Source of the DNA: an uncultured Candidatus Poseidoniales archaeon
Lineage (GTDB): Archaea > Thermoplasmatota > Poseidoniia > Poseidoniales > Poseidoniaceae
DNA length: 64,000 bases
NCBI GenBank assembly: GCA_964013535.1
Contig: CAXGWS010000007.1
Location: 6,318-70,317, forward strand
Direction of reading: 5' to 3'
Shown here: in pieces, positions 27,240 to 36,001 of the stretch
Position numbering within the stretch: position 1 is the first letter of the stretch
Layout of the letters: every line of letters begins with the position of its first letter
Program-made: the position numbers and the translations under genes
The notes under the pieces: generated by a model
Databases searched by the model: none
What the model saw: only the letters and a program-made list of their open reading frames with translations
What the model was told of the DNA's origin: nothing

Positions 27240-28706
27240 TCAGCCGAAAACTGCGCTTACTGCCTCTCGGTTGGTAATGTAGAGAGTGAGGGTTACTCCT
27301 GCCATAATCATCATCCAAGAACCAACCATTTTGATCATGCCAGTGGCTCTACGCAAGAAATTTATCATCACTTGGCGACCAAGTCCAACGAGAACCGTCA
27401 CCACAATCATCAAAATTAACAACCCAAGCATCAAACCACTTATTCCAAGAGTTACCGCACTACTTCCAAGCGTTCCCAAATAAATCACGAAGGGAAGCAC
27501 TGCAGCAGCCGTGCAGTCTATTGATGCTGCAGCATAACCAATCCCGTAAAGATACATATTTCGTCGAGGAGTAAACACTTCATCTTCTTCTGTAGTGCTG
27601 TATTTGTCAACAATATTTTGAACGAAGCCCATTAGATGAGATGTGACATTTACCAGCATCAATGAACCTAAAATTACCAATAATATGGCGATACTAATAG
27701 CAATTAGATGAACTAGACCAGACTTTTGAAAAGCCTCACCCATTACTAAGGCTACGACGCCAATCAATAGGAAAAATGTCCACATTCCGAATCCTGAAAG
27801 GGCTCCAATTACTACCGGACTTGGCATTTTTGACTTTAGTTTTCCATCTGCAATCAATTCGTCTTCTCGAGCACCGAGTGACAAGTAGTAAGAAATGAAA
27901 CCGGGTAAAACAGGGAAAGCACATGGTGAGAAGTAAACCAATATTGAAAGAATCATTCCTAAAGCAAAAACTGCGACATAAGATGTTGAGGGCTCCTCCC
28001 ATGCAATGCGTAAGTCTTCTGTTGCAGTCACTGGTGATGTAATTGCCAGCTCTACTACTGAATCAAATGATGACCACTTATCTGTTGGCGAGCCACTAGT
28101 TTGTCTCTCAATGATGTAACCTTCTTCATCAATCACCATCACAACTGGGATTTGTCCGGTTCCGGCAGTAGTGAACAAGCGAACTGGGTCGACTGTATCT
28201 CCGGACTCAAGTATTGCAGAATTGGGGCTGCCTAAGCCTGTTGGGTATCGCGGAACTTGATAGTTATCATCGGATTCGTTTAGATATTCTAAACCTTCAG
28301 GATACCAACTTCCGTAGGCGATTATGTGTAATGATTTATTTGATTCATTAGCCAATTCCTGCCATCCTGCCATCTTATCCTCTAAGTGATATTGCACTGC
28401 ATGACAGTTACTACAATCATGTGCCATCATGTCAAAAATTATGATTGACCCACGCAGGTCGTCCATTGTAATCCATCCAGTTTCGTTGACAATTTCTGAT
28501 TCTACCCCACTTCGGTTCAGCGATTCAAAAACTATGTTTGGAACTGGTTCGGGTTCAGCATCTGATTGGAAGACTTCATCCATGCTATCAAACATTGACA
28601 AAGCAGCAAATGAAATCATGACAAATAAAACCGCAGCAATTGCGAATGCTTTCCAGGTCTCTGAGCGTTTGAAAACCCCGAAATCGGCGGTATCCATTAT
28701 GCCCAT
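27240..28706 (-). CDS. Fusion of an extracytoplasmic thioredoxin-like domain with a CcdA/DsbD-type thiol-disulfide transporter
   Basis: 488 aa. N-terminal anchor helix, then a soluble domain with a CxxC (AHDCSNCH). The polytopic region carries the two DsbD-family Cys motifs (FSPCAFPVLPG and SIDCTAAAVLPF). Confidence 0.75.
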   Translation of the reverse strand: MGIMDTADFGVFKRSETWKAFAIAAVLFVMISFAALSMFDSMDEVFQSDAEPEPVPNIVFESLNRSGVESEIVNETGWITMDDLRGSIIIFDMMAHDCSNCHAVQYHLEDKMAGWQELANESNKSLHIIAYGSWYPEGLEYLNESDDNYQVPRYPTGLGSPNSAILESGDTVDPVRLFTTAGTGQIPVVMVIDEEGYIIERQTSGSPTDKWSSFDSVVELAITSPVTATEDLRIAWEEPSTSYVAVFALGMILSILVYFSPCAFPVLPGFISYYLSLGAREDELIADGKLKSKMPSPVVIGALSGFGMWTFFLLIGVVALVMGEAFQKSGLVHLIAISIAILLVILGSLMLVNVTSHLMGFVQNIVDKYSTTEEDEVFTPRRNMYLYGIGYAAASIDCTAAAVLPFVIYLGTLGSSAVTLGISGLMLGLLILMIVVTVLVGLGRQVMINFLRRATGMIKMVGSWMMIMAGVTLTLYITNREAVSAVFG

Positions 28707-28752
28707 GGAAAACCCTGCGGATAATGGTTATTCAAATAATGCGTTTTTGGCT

Positions 28753-30252
28753 TCAAATCAAAGGTTGATTTCTCAACCACTCCAAATCAGAAATGTACAG
28801 TTGTCTGATATCATCAAGACCCAAAACCAGCATAGCAAGACGCTCCAAACCCATCCCCCACGCAAGAACTGGATGATTTATGCCCAATGGCTCAGTCACC
28901 TCAGGCCGGAAAATACCTGCTCCACCCAATTCCAACCATTTGCCACGCCATTTTACTTCAATCTCTAAACTTGGTTCCGTGTAAGGGAAATAAGCAGGCC
29001 TCACTCTAACCTCAGGGTAGCCCATCTTTTCATAGAACTTCTTCAGCGTTGTTACCAGCATTTGCAGGTTAGCTCCCTCTTCCATAATAATTCCCTCAAT
29101 TTGGTGGAATTCTGGCAGATGTGTTCGATCTATTGCCTCTTTACGAAATACTCTATCGACAGTAAACATTCGACACGGGGTGTCTGGATTATCGGCTAAA
29201 TATTGTATTGTATTCACAGTTGTATGGGTTCTCAAAAGCCCCTTTTGCGAGGTTTCTTTGGAGAAATCACCACCCCAACCTGTCGAACCTGTAGCGCCTC
29301 CAGATCGGTGGATTTCTGACCATGTTTCCATTACTTCATCGGGCAATGACATGGATTCAGGATTATCGAGGTAGAACGTATCTTGCATCTCCCGCGCTGG
29401 GTGGTCTTGTGGAATAAACAATGCATCCATATTCCAACCCGCGGTTTGAACGTAATCTTCCACCAACTCTGAGAATCCCATTTCGAGAAATATATGTCGT
29501 ATTCGCTCAATTAGAGATTGCATGGGATGACTACGCCCAGTCCTTGGTGTGGATGATTCAAGTGTGACATCGAATGGCCTAAACTCAGCATCTCGCCAAT
29601 TATCACCCTGTAGTAACTCAGGAGTTATTTCATTAATCATTGTAGATTCAACCAAGCTATCAGATTTTATCTTTAAACCTTCATCGGTTAGACTCCAGGT
29701 CCGTTCTGTGCTATCCACTAGTTCGATGAAATTTCTTCTGCTCCTAAAATGGGCTAGTAAGTCTCCGTCCAAATCAGATGATTTTGCTGGTAATTTAGTG
29801 AGAAACTCTTCACGTTCAGCTATTGTCGCCGTCACTTGGTTATGATCTCCGCATGTGAAGACGCCAGCCTCAATAGTGATACCCAATTTCTTCAGCAATC
29901 CGATTCCAGGACCGGCTTCATGCTTCTCGAATGACTTCTGAAGTTCTGCCATCGTAGCATCGCTGGAGGATTTGAACCACTGCCATAACCTCGACTCAAG
30001 TAAACCATTTTGTAATGCTTGTTGACCTTGTGTAGCGATTCTTACTTCCGTAGTTACCGACTCTGTCACATCAACTAATCCTTTGTCGGCCAACCCTTGA
30101 CCAGCTCCTACGGCAAAGGCTTGGTCAGTCCAATCACAACTGACCAAGATGTCGGTTAGAGACCACTGTTGGCTAGCATTTGTCAACATGGCCTTGAGCA
30201 TCCGACGTTCCGTATTGACGAGATTCTCGGCCACCATGAACCTACGAAGCAT
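28753..30252 (-). CDS. pheS: Phenylalanine--tRNA ligase alpha subunit, archaeal/eukaryal type
   Basis: 499 aa. N-terminal winged-helix repeats and a class II core (HPAREMQDTFY, RTHTT, FRPE.. GAGIFRPEV). Confidence 0.92.
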   Translation of the reverse strand: MLRRFMVAENLVNTERRMLKAMLTNASQQWSLTDILVSCDWTDQAFAVGAGQGLADKGLVDVTESVTTEVRIATQGQQALQNGLLESRLWQWFKSSSDATMAELQKSFEKHEAGPGIGLLKKLGITIEAGVFTCGDHNQVTATIAEREEFLTKLPAKSSDLDGDLLAHFRSRRNFIELVDSTERTWSLTDEGLKIKSDSLVESTMINEITPELLQGDNWRDAEFRPFDVTLESSTPRTGRSHPMQSLIERIRHIFLEMGFSELVEDYVQTAGWNMDALFIPQDHPAREMQDTFYLDNPESMSLPDEVMETWSEIHRSGGATGSTGWGGDFSKETSQKGLLRTHTTVNTIQYLADNPDTPCRMFTVDRVFRKEAIDRTHLPEFHQIEGIIMEEGANLQMLVTTLKKFYEKMGYPEVRVRPAYFPYTEPSLEIEVKWRGKWLELGGAGIFRPEVTEPLGINHPVLAWGMGLERLAMLVLGLDDIRQLYISDLEWLRNQPLI

Positions 30253-30299
30253 AATTGTCCTATGAAATCTATGTTCGTTTACCTGCTAACTAGGCGATT

Positions 30300-30680
30300 C
30301 TATTCTTCTTCTGAGTCCCACAGTAGTATATTGCACTCGGGACAGGTAAAATTAGCAGGTTTAGCCCCTTTTTGTATTGTGACTTTACCACACGGACCAC
30401 AAACAATCGTGGACTCGATTGGGTCATCCAATGTTACATCAACTCGATACATGACTCTCCCCGCATCGGGTAGTTTACCTTCTGCTGGACGCCAATTTCG
30501 CACCTCTTCTTCCGACAATCCAAGATTAGATTTCAAACTCATGCCGACAACAAACAGGACTATCCCAAGGACGCCAACTGTCGAGGCAAGTGTGTAGATT
30601 CCTGCAACGGTAAAAAAAGCGCCAAAAGCAATGCTCAAAAAGCCTCCAAGAATTAGATTTTCTCTTGGATTTCGTGACAT
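30300..30680 (-). CDS. Small membrane protein (2 TM helices) with a C-terminal zinc ribbon
   Basis: 126 aa from ATG 30680. Two hydrophobic helices, then CGPCGK..x16..CPECN. Ends ..LLWDSEEE. Lies 6 nt downstream of the aminotransferase stop. Confidence 0.55.
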   Translation of the reverse strand: MSRNPRENLILGGFLSIAFGAFFTVAGIYTLASTVGVLGIVLFVVGMSLKSNLGLSEEEVRNWRPAEGKLPDAGRVMYRVDVTLDDPIESTIVCGPCGKVTIQKGAKPANFTCPECNILLWDSEEE

Positions 30681-30686
30681 CAAAAA

Positions 30687-31967
30687 TCACACATTTAATG
30701 CATTACTTAGGGACTCTGCCACTCTTTCAATTTTGTCGGTTGGAATCGCACATAAGCCAATTCTAACACCGCCTTTCAGTGGCACGAGGTATACTTGGTC
30801 TTCAGCACATGAATCAACGATGGTTTGAGGATTGTCATGTTCCAGCCAAGCAAAGAAACCGTCGTGAGTTGGATTAATCGACACATTTAGTCTATTACAG
30901 GCGGAAATGAACAATTTTCTCCGTTGTTTGAGAATTTCAGTCATTCTTACTTTTTCATCCGACCAAGCAGCTCCAGATTCTTGATTTGAATGTATTTTGG
31001 CAATCGAGTATTGCGCCAATCGGGAACTAGCAGACCATGTTTGTCGACCGGTTACACCCATTACAGTAGTAATTCGATCAACTACCGACTGATCGGGATG
31101 TATGGTGACCAGTGCACCACCTCTCAAACCGTAGACTGTATGTGATTTTGATAGAGATATAGCGAAAGTTAGCAAGAGATTGGCTGGCCATTCAAGTCCA
31201 TCATGCAGAGCATCTGTGATAGTTTCTGCCCAGCCATGAGGCTCCTCAGCATATAGGTGATAAGCAGCATCAATAAGTAAAGTATAACCAATATTTTCGT
31301 TACCCATCGCCGCATCTGCAAACGCTTTGAGTACGGACATACGTTCATCGGCGGTGAGTGACAATCCAGTAGGGTTGTGTGCGGGGTCATTCAACCATGA
31401 CATAATTTTAGTTTGGGAGGTGGAAAGTTCTCTCAAAGATGACTCTAATCCTGCCAAATCAAGACCTGAATCTCCACTAAGCAATGGATAAGTCGCAATA
31501 TCTAATCCACATCCAGCAAGGAATCCATCATATGGCCCCCAATGTCTGTCGCGCAGTAGCACCTTACTGCCTCTATCAGCATAATTTGCTGCAGCAAGGT
31601 ATAACGCACCCGAACCACCAGGCGATGCAGTAGCCGTATGGCAGAGACCGATTTCTTCTAACTCGTCACGAGCGTCTCCCAAGGCAAGAGTAACTGCGAG
31701 GTCAAGAAACTCTGGCAAACCCTTCAACGGAGCGTATGCTGCAATCTCTATCGGTGGCGAATTACGAACAAACTCATCGACTGTTTGGTTAATTGCAAGG
31801 CTACCATCATCCTCGAGTAATGCACCAATAGTGCCGTTTACAGCATCATGCCCTTGTGCAATGGCTTCTTGATAGCGTGCCCAGCAAGAAAATATCGTGT
31901 CATTACCTTGTTTTGTCTTAGCGAAATCATTCAAGAAACTGTTCGCTATGTTCTCGGCCATAGCCAT
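30687..31967 (-). CDS. Class I aminotransferase (aspartate/aromatic aminotransferase, AspC/TyrB-like)
   Basis: About 426 aa from ATG 31967 (the longer ORF start is TTG). NPTG motif (AHNPTGLS) and PLP lysine in SLSKSHTVYGLRGG, as in subfamily Ia. Confidence 0.85.
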   Translation of the reverse strand: MAMAENIANSFLNDFAKTKQGNDTIFSCWARYQEAIAQGHDAVNGTIGALLEDDGSLAINQTVDEFVRNSPPIEIAAYAPLKGLPEFLDLAVTLALGDARDELEEIGLCHTATASPGGSGALYLAAANYADRGSKVLLRDRHWGPYDGFLAGCGLDIATYPLLSGDSGLDLAGLESSLRELSTSQTKIMSWLNDPAHNPTGLSLTADERMSVLKAFADAAMGNENIGYTLLIDAAYHLYAEEPHGWAETITDALHDGLEWPANLLLTFAISLSKSHTVYGLRGGALVTIHPDQSVVDRITTVMGVTGRQTWSASSRLAQYSIAKIHSNQESGAAWSDEKVRMTEILKQRRKLFISACNRLNVSINPTHDGFFAWLEHDNPQTIVDSCAEDQVYLVPLKGGVRIGLCAIPTDKIERVAESLSNALNV

Positions 31968-32071
31968 ACCAAACAAATCATGTTCTTTGATTTGCCCATT
32001 ATAATTTCACTATTGAATATAATAAATCATCCGTTTCATTGATGAATGATTGTTGTTTGGCCTAATCGTCG

Positions 32072-32147
32072 CCAACGTAGCACAGCTGGTAGTGCGTCGG
32101 ATTTGTAATCCGACGGTCGGGGGTTCGAGTCCCTCCGTTGGCTCCAA
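32072..32147 (+). tRNA. tRNA-Thr (anticodon TGT), with genomically encoded CCA
   Basis: Hand-folded cloverleaf. Acceptor GCCAACG/CGTTGGC, D stem GCAC/GTGC, anticodon stem TCGGA/TCCGA with loop TTTGTAA, T stem GGGGG/CCCTC with loop TTCGAGT, discriminator T then CCA (32145-32147). Confidence 0.95.
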
Positions 32148-32175
32148 AAAAACAGTTAACTGTATAACCTAATCA

Positions 32176-32652
32176 ATGCTTATGCGACCGTTTCATCTGG
32201 CGTTTCCAGTCACCGACCTCGAGGCAACAGAACAATTCTATGTTCATCTTCTTGGTTGTGAAATTGGTAGACGCACTCCAAGTTCAATAAATTTCAACTT
32301 TTATGGTCACCAAATTGTTGCACATCTCGTGTCCAATATGCCAGACAACACCGATGGAGGTAAAATAGACGGCAAAAAGGTACCACCATTCCACTTTGGC
32401 CTCGTTATGGATTGGAATCAATGGCATGATTTTAAATCACGATTAGAACAATCGAAGACCAAGTTTAGAATTAAACCACATACTAGATATCCAGGCAAGA
32501 TTGGTGAACAGGCGACCATGTTTTTAGATGACCCATCTGGCAATTCTCTTGAATTCAAATCATTCAGCGATGATAATCGATTATTCGCCACTGTTGTCGG
32601 TAGTGAGAATGAAGTAGGCGGTGGGCGAAACACCCTACCAAATGCTCAATAA
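32176..32652 (+). CDS. VOC/glyoxalase-family protein
   Basis: 158 aa. The N-terminal FHLAFPVTDLEATEQFYVHLLGCE is the typical first beta-alpha-beta unit of the vicinal-oxygen-chelate fold. Confidence 0.7.
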   Translation: MLMRPFHLAFPVTDLEATEQFYVHLLGCEIGRRTPSSINFNFYGHQIVAHLVSNMPDNTDGGKIDGKKVPPFHFGLVMDWNQWHDFKSRLEQSKTKFRIKPHTRYPGKIGEQATMFLDDPSGNSLEFKSFSDDNRLFATVVGSENEVGGGRNTLPNAQ

Positions 32653-32673
32653 ACAAATTATAGTGGAGTAACC

Positions 32674-33546
32674 ATGGTGGCTGAGATACTTGATGGAAAA
32701 GCATGTGCAGCAGCCGTCGAAGAAAGCCTAAACCACCGTATCAAAACCTGCAATGATAGCGGAGTCACCCCTCATCTTGCAGTGGTCATAGTTGGCAATG
32801 ACCCTGCTAGCCATGTTTATGTTGGGGCTAAAATAAGAGCCTGTAATAGACTTGGAATAAAGAGCACTCATATCGAACTAGATGAATCGTCCACAGAGAG
32901 CGAATTACGTTCGGTAATCAAACAACTCAATGCAGACCATACTGTCCACGGCATATTGATCCAATCGCCACTACCAGACCACATGAATGAAGAGGCTCTT
33001 ACTGATTTAATCAATCCAGCAAAAGATGTTGATGGCTTCCATCCGGAAAACCTCGGGCGGTTAGTGCAAGGAAGACAAGATTGTTTGATACCCTGTACAC
33101 CAAATGGAGTCATGCGCATGCTGGAATGGGCGGGAATTGAAACACGTGGCAAGAAGGCACTAGTTATTGGCAGGTCACGCAATGTGGGGATGCCTCAGGC
33201 GATTCTACTAGCTTCCCGTGGAGCAGATGCTACGGTAACCATAGCACATTCAAGAACCGTGGACATGGCTCAACAATGTCTCGATGCAGATATTATTGTT
33301 GCAGCAGTTGGCAGACCGAATATGGTCAAACAGTCTTGGATAAAGCACGGTGCTGTCGTTATTGATGTTGGGATTAATCGCGTTGATGATGATAGCGCTG
33401 CAAAAGGCTATGTGCTAGTAGGTGATGTGGAAAAAACGGCTAATGAGATAGCATCCTGGATTACACCTGTACCCGGTGGCGTTGGCCCTATGACCGTTGC
33501 AATGTTAATGGAAAATACCGTTAAGGCCGCAGAGAATATCTTGTGA
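32674..33546 (+). CDS. folD: Bifunctional methylenetetrahydrofolate dehydrogenase / methenyl-THF cyclohydrolase
   Basis: 290 aa. Family landmarks: PASHVYV..K, GILIQSPLP, VIGRSRNVGMP, TPVPGGVGPMT. Confidence 0.92.
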   Translation: MVAEILDGKACAAAVEESLNHRIKTCNDSGVTPHLAVVIVGNDPASHVYVGAKIRACNRLGIKSTHIELDESSTESELRSVIKQLNADHTVHGILIQSPLPDHMNEEALTDLINPAKDVDGFHPENLGRLVQGRQDCLIPCTPNGVMRMLEWAGIETRGKKALVIGRSRNVGMPQAILLASRGADATVTIAHSRTVDMAQQCLDADIIVAAVGRPNMVKQSWIKHGAVVIDVGINRVDDDSAAKGYVLVGDVEKTANEIASWITPVPGGVGPMTVAMLMENTVKAAENIL

Positions 33547-34274
33547 TGGGAAGTATCTTATCTTACACAGTTCTGTGGGATTCTATGGAACAACTGGCTC
33601 CAAGATTGGCAAGTGCCACCAAAGTTATTGGTTCAATCACTCTTGTTGCATTACTTATCAATTTGCAACTTGATATTTTTGAGCAGGGAATCTCGATTAT
33701 CGATTATACTGGAGCAGGTGTTGTGTTAACCTGTTTCACAATAAGTTATTTTGCATCAAGAGAACGAAAAATCACCAAATTGACAGGCAATTTATCACTC
33801 GAAGAACAACTTGCCGCGCTTGAAACTACGCCAACTAAATCCGGTGAAAATAATTCGATTGCATTGTCTCAGAGCATTCACACTCAAGCAATAATCGAAT
33901 CAATAGTCGGTGGCAATAATGACATAAATCAGCAACAAGTTGACAGCGCTATTAGCACACTCAGTACTGGCGAAATCGGTGCGTCCTCACAATCAATTGC
34001 AGAGCAGTTGCCAGCGCCTCACCAATATTCGAGTGACATTATTGATTCAACTACAACACCGGTTCCTGAAACAACAGAAACAACGAAACCAAATGTGCCA
34101 CTACCAAAAATCGAACCAGATTTAGTCTTGGACACAAATGTCAAAGAAAATCAGGCGGCGATGAATTTACCAGATTTAGATGATTTATTCGATGAACCAA
34201 CCGCTGTTGAGTCTAACCGAGCGGAAGCTTACATTGACACTCCGGCACTTCCTGACCTCGATGATTTGATATAA
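33546..34274 (+). CDS. Hypothetical membrane-anchored acidic protein with a duplicated C-terminal LPDLDDL motif
   Basis: About 242 aa from ATG 33546 (1-nt overlap with the folD TGA). Two N-terminal TM helices, then a low-complexity acidic tail ending NLPDLDDLF..x20..ALPDLDDLI. Confidence 0.55.
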   Translation: MGSILSYTVLWDSMEQLAPRLASATKVIGSITLVALLINLQLDIFEQGISIIDYTGAGVVLTCFTISYFASRERKITKLTGNLSLEEQLAALETTPTKSGENNSIALSQSIHTQAIIESIVGGNNDINQQQVDSAISTLSTGEIGASSQSIAEQLPAPHQYSSDIIDSTTTPVPETTETTKPNVPLPKIEPDLVLDTNVKENQAAMNLPDLDDLFDEPTAVESNRAEAYIDTPALPDLDDLI

Positions 34275-34299
34275 TCATAACTTCATTAGGGTTGACTGT

Positions 34300-35178
34300 G
34301 TGGATTATCTTGTGTGGACACAGCATTATGACCTTCATAGCCACTCAACTAATAGTGATGGCGAGCATAGCGTCGAGTTTGTTGCACAATTAATGAAAAA
34401 TAGCGAGGTAAAATACTGGTCACTTACCGACCACGACACCATTGCAGGCTGGAAAAACGCTTACCAAAGCGCCAACGATTTGGGCATAAATTTCATCCCC
34501 GGTGTAGAGATTACCTGTGAAAGAGGTCTTGAGCCCGACGAATTAGAACTCAAACAACGTGGACGAGAAAGAGCCTCAAAATCATGGCACCTTTTAGCCT
34601 ATTTTCCAGAACTTAAACCCGATGATGAGCAGGCGATAAGGTTCGCTCAGTGGTTAAAACCACTGCAAGACAATCGCATACCAAGAATGAAGCAAATGGT
34701 AGAAAAACTCGCCGAACTGGGCATGCCAATAGATTTTAGTGAAGTTGCTGACAAAGCCGGCGGCTCAATTGGGCGACCCCACCTCGCTCAAGCAATGGTT
34801 GACAAAGGCTATGTCGAAACAAAGTTCGAAGCCTTTGAGAAGTGGATTGGTGACGGATTGCCGGCTCATGTTGCACAGCCAAAGCCAAGCATCGCAGAGG
34901 CAGTTTCAGTTGTTCGAGAGTGCGGCGGAGTGACTTCATTGGCCCATCCCCTGTATTACGGTATACCACCGAAACAGCTCGGGCAATATTGTAAATCAGT
35001 TGGCATAGATTCCATAGAAGCGTTCCATCGTAGTCATGAAGATATGTATCGGTTTGAATTGTGGCAGATTTGTACTCAACAAGGATTGAAAGTCAGTTGC
35101 GGCTCTGATTTCCACGGCCAAACTTACGGCCAAAGTCCGGGCAAAATGGCAACTCCTGTCGGTCAACTATGCGTTTGA
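34300..35178 (+). CDS. PHP-family metal-dependent phosphoesterase
   Basis: 292 aa, GTG start. N-terminal YDLHSHSTNSDG and downstream His/Asp motifs (SLTDHDT, AHP, GSDFHG) of the PHP domain. Confidence 0.8.
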   Translation: MDYLVWTQHYDLHSHSTNSDGEHSVEFVAQLMKNSEVKYWSLTDHDTIAGWKNAYQSANDLGINFIPGVEITCERGLEPDELELKQRGRERASKSWHLLAYFPELKPDDEQAIRFAQWLKPLQDNRIPRMKQMVEKLAELGMPIDFSEVADKAGGSIGRPHLAQAMVDKGYVETKFEAFEKWIGDGLPAHVAQPKPSIAEAVSVVRECGGVTSLAHPLYYGIPPKQLGQYCKSVGIDSIEAFHRSHEDMYRFELWQICTQQGLKVSCGSDFHGQTYGQSPGKMATPVGQLCV

Positions 35179-35967
35179 GATTTTGGTTATTCTATCGATG
35201 ATAATCGACACCTCAAATAATACTACAACAGGCATTGCGACTAGGAATAATGACAACGGATCAGGTGGGGATAGGAACGCTCCAAGGACAAATGCGGTAA
35301 ACCATATGTGCTTGCGGTATTGAAGTATTTGTTGTCTAGTTGCAATACCAAATCTCAGTGTCAAAATAGTAGCGACAGGTGCTTGAAAACCAATCACACA
35401 TGCTAAGGCCAAATTGACAATAAACCCAACATAGCCTGACAAACGCCATTCTGTGGTTAATCCCGCACTTTGTGCATCATCAGTCAAATATTGCAAAATC
35501 ATTGGAGTCAAAAATTCCCACGAATAGATTAAACCAGACAATCCCAAGGTAATTATCGCTACCAATGTTAGAATAAATGTCGAACTAAACTTCGGTGGTT
35601 GCAACTTAAGTTCTGCTAACCTTGCTCTTACTGCATCATTTTTCGAACCTTTCCGAACTAGCGATAGAATAAGGTACGTAATGATGACCACCAAGCCAAA
35701 ACTAACTGCAATTTGAAATTGCAACAAAATAAACTCAATTGGCGAAGTGACTATGATATTGACATCATCAGGCAGTCGCTCCTCGGCAATCAACCAACTA
35801 ACTGCTGATTTTGTCAGCGAAAAGGCAGTAACAACGCTGATTAGAAATAATCCAATCAATAATTTTGCTTGACCGCGCAAGAACTTGCTACCGTCAGAGA
35901 TAATTTGGCCACCGGGAGAAAGCATTAGATTTCGAACTGAATTCTCGATTTGCTCACCTCCTGCCAT
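35167..35967 (-). CDS. tatC: Twin-arginine translocase subunit TatC
   Basis: 266 aa, six TM helices. FLSPPDP motif after TM5 and overall TatC topology. Converges on the PHP gene with a 12-nt overlap. Confidence 0.8.
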   Translation of the reverse strand: MAGGEQIENSVRNLMLSPGGQIISDGSKFLRGQAKLLIGLFLISVVTAFSLTKSAVSWLIAEERLPDDVNIIVTSPIEFILLQFQIAVSFGLVVIITYLILSLVRKGSKNDAVRARLAELKLQPPKFSSTFILTLVAIITLGLSGLIYSWEFLTPMILQYLTDDAQSAGLTTEWRLSGYVGFIVNLALACVIGFQAPVATILTLRFGIATRQQILQYRKHIWFTAFVLGAFLSPPDPLSLFLVAMPVVVLFEVSIIIDRITKISNA

Positions 35968-36001
35968 GGTAAGGCCAAGTGTAGGTTAGTGATAATTCGC
36001 A

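Noticed and set aside
28429-28968. 179-aa plus-strand ORF bridging the CcdA-fusion and pheS genes
   Set aside because: It runs antisense across two strongly supported minus-strand genes and their 46-nt spacer. It has no family signal.
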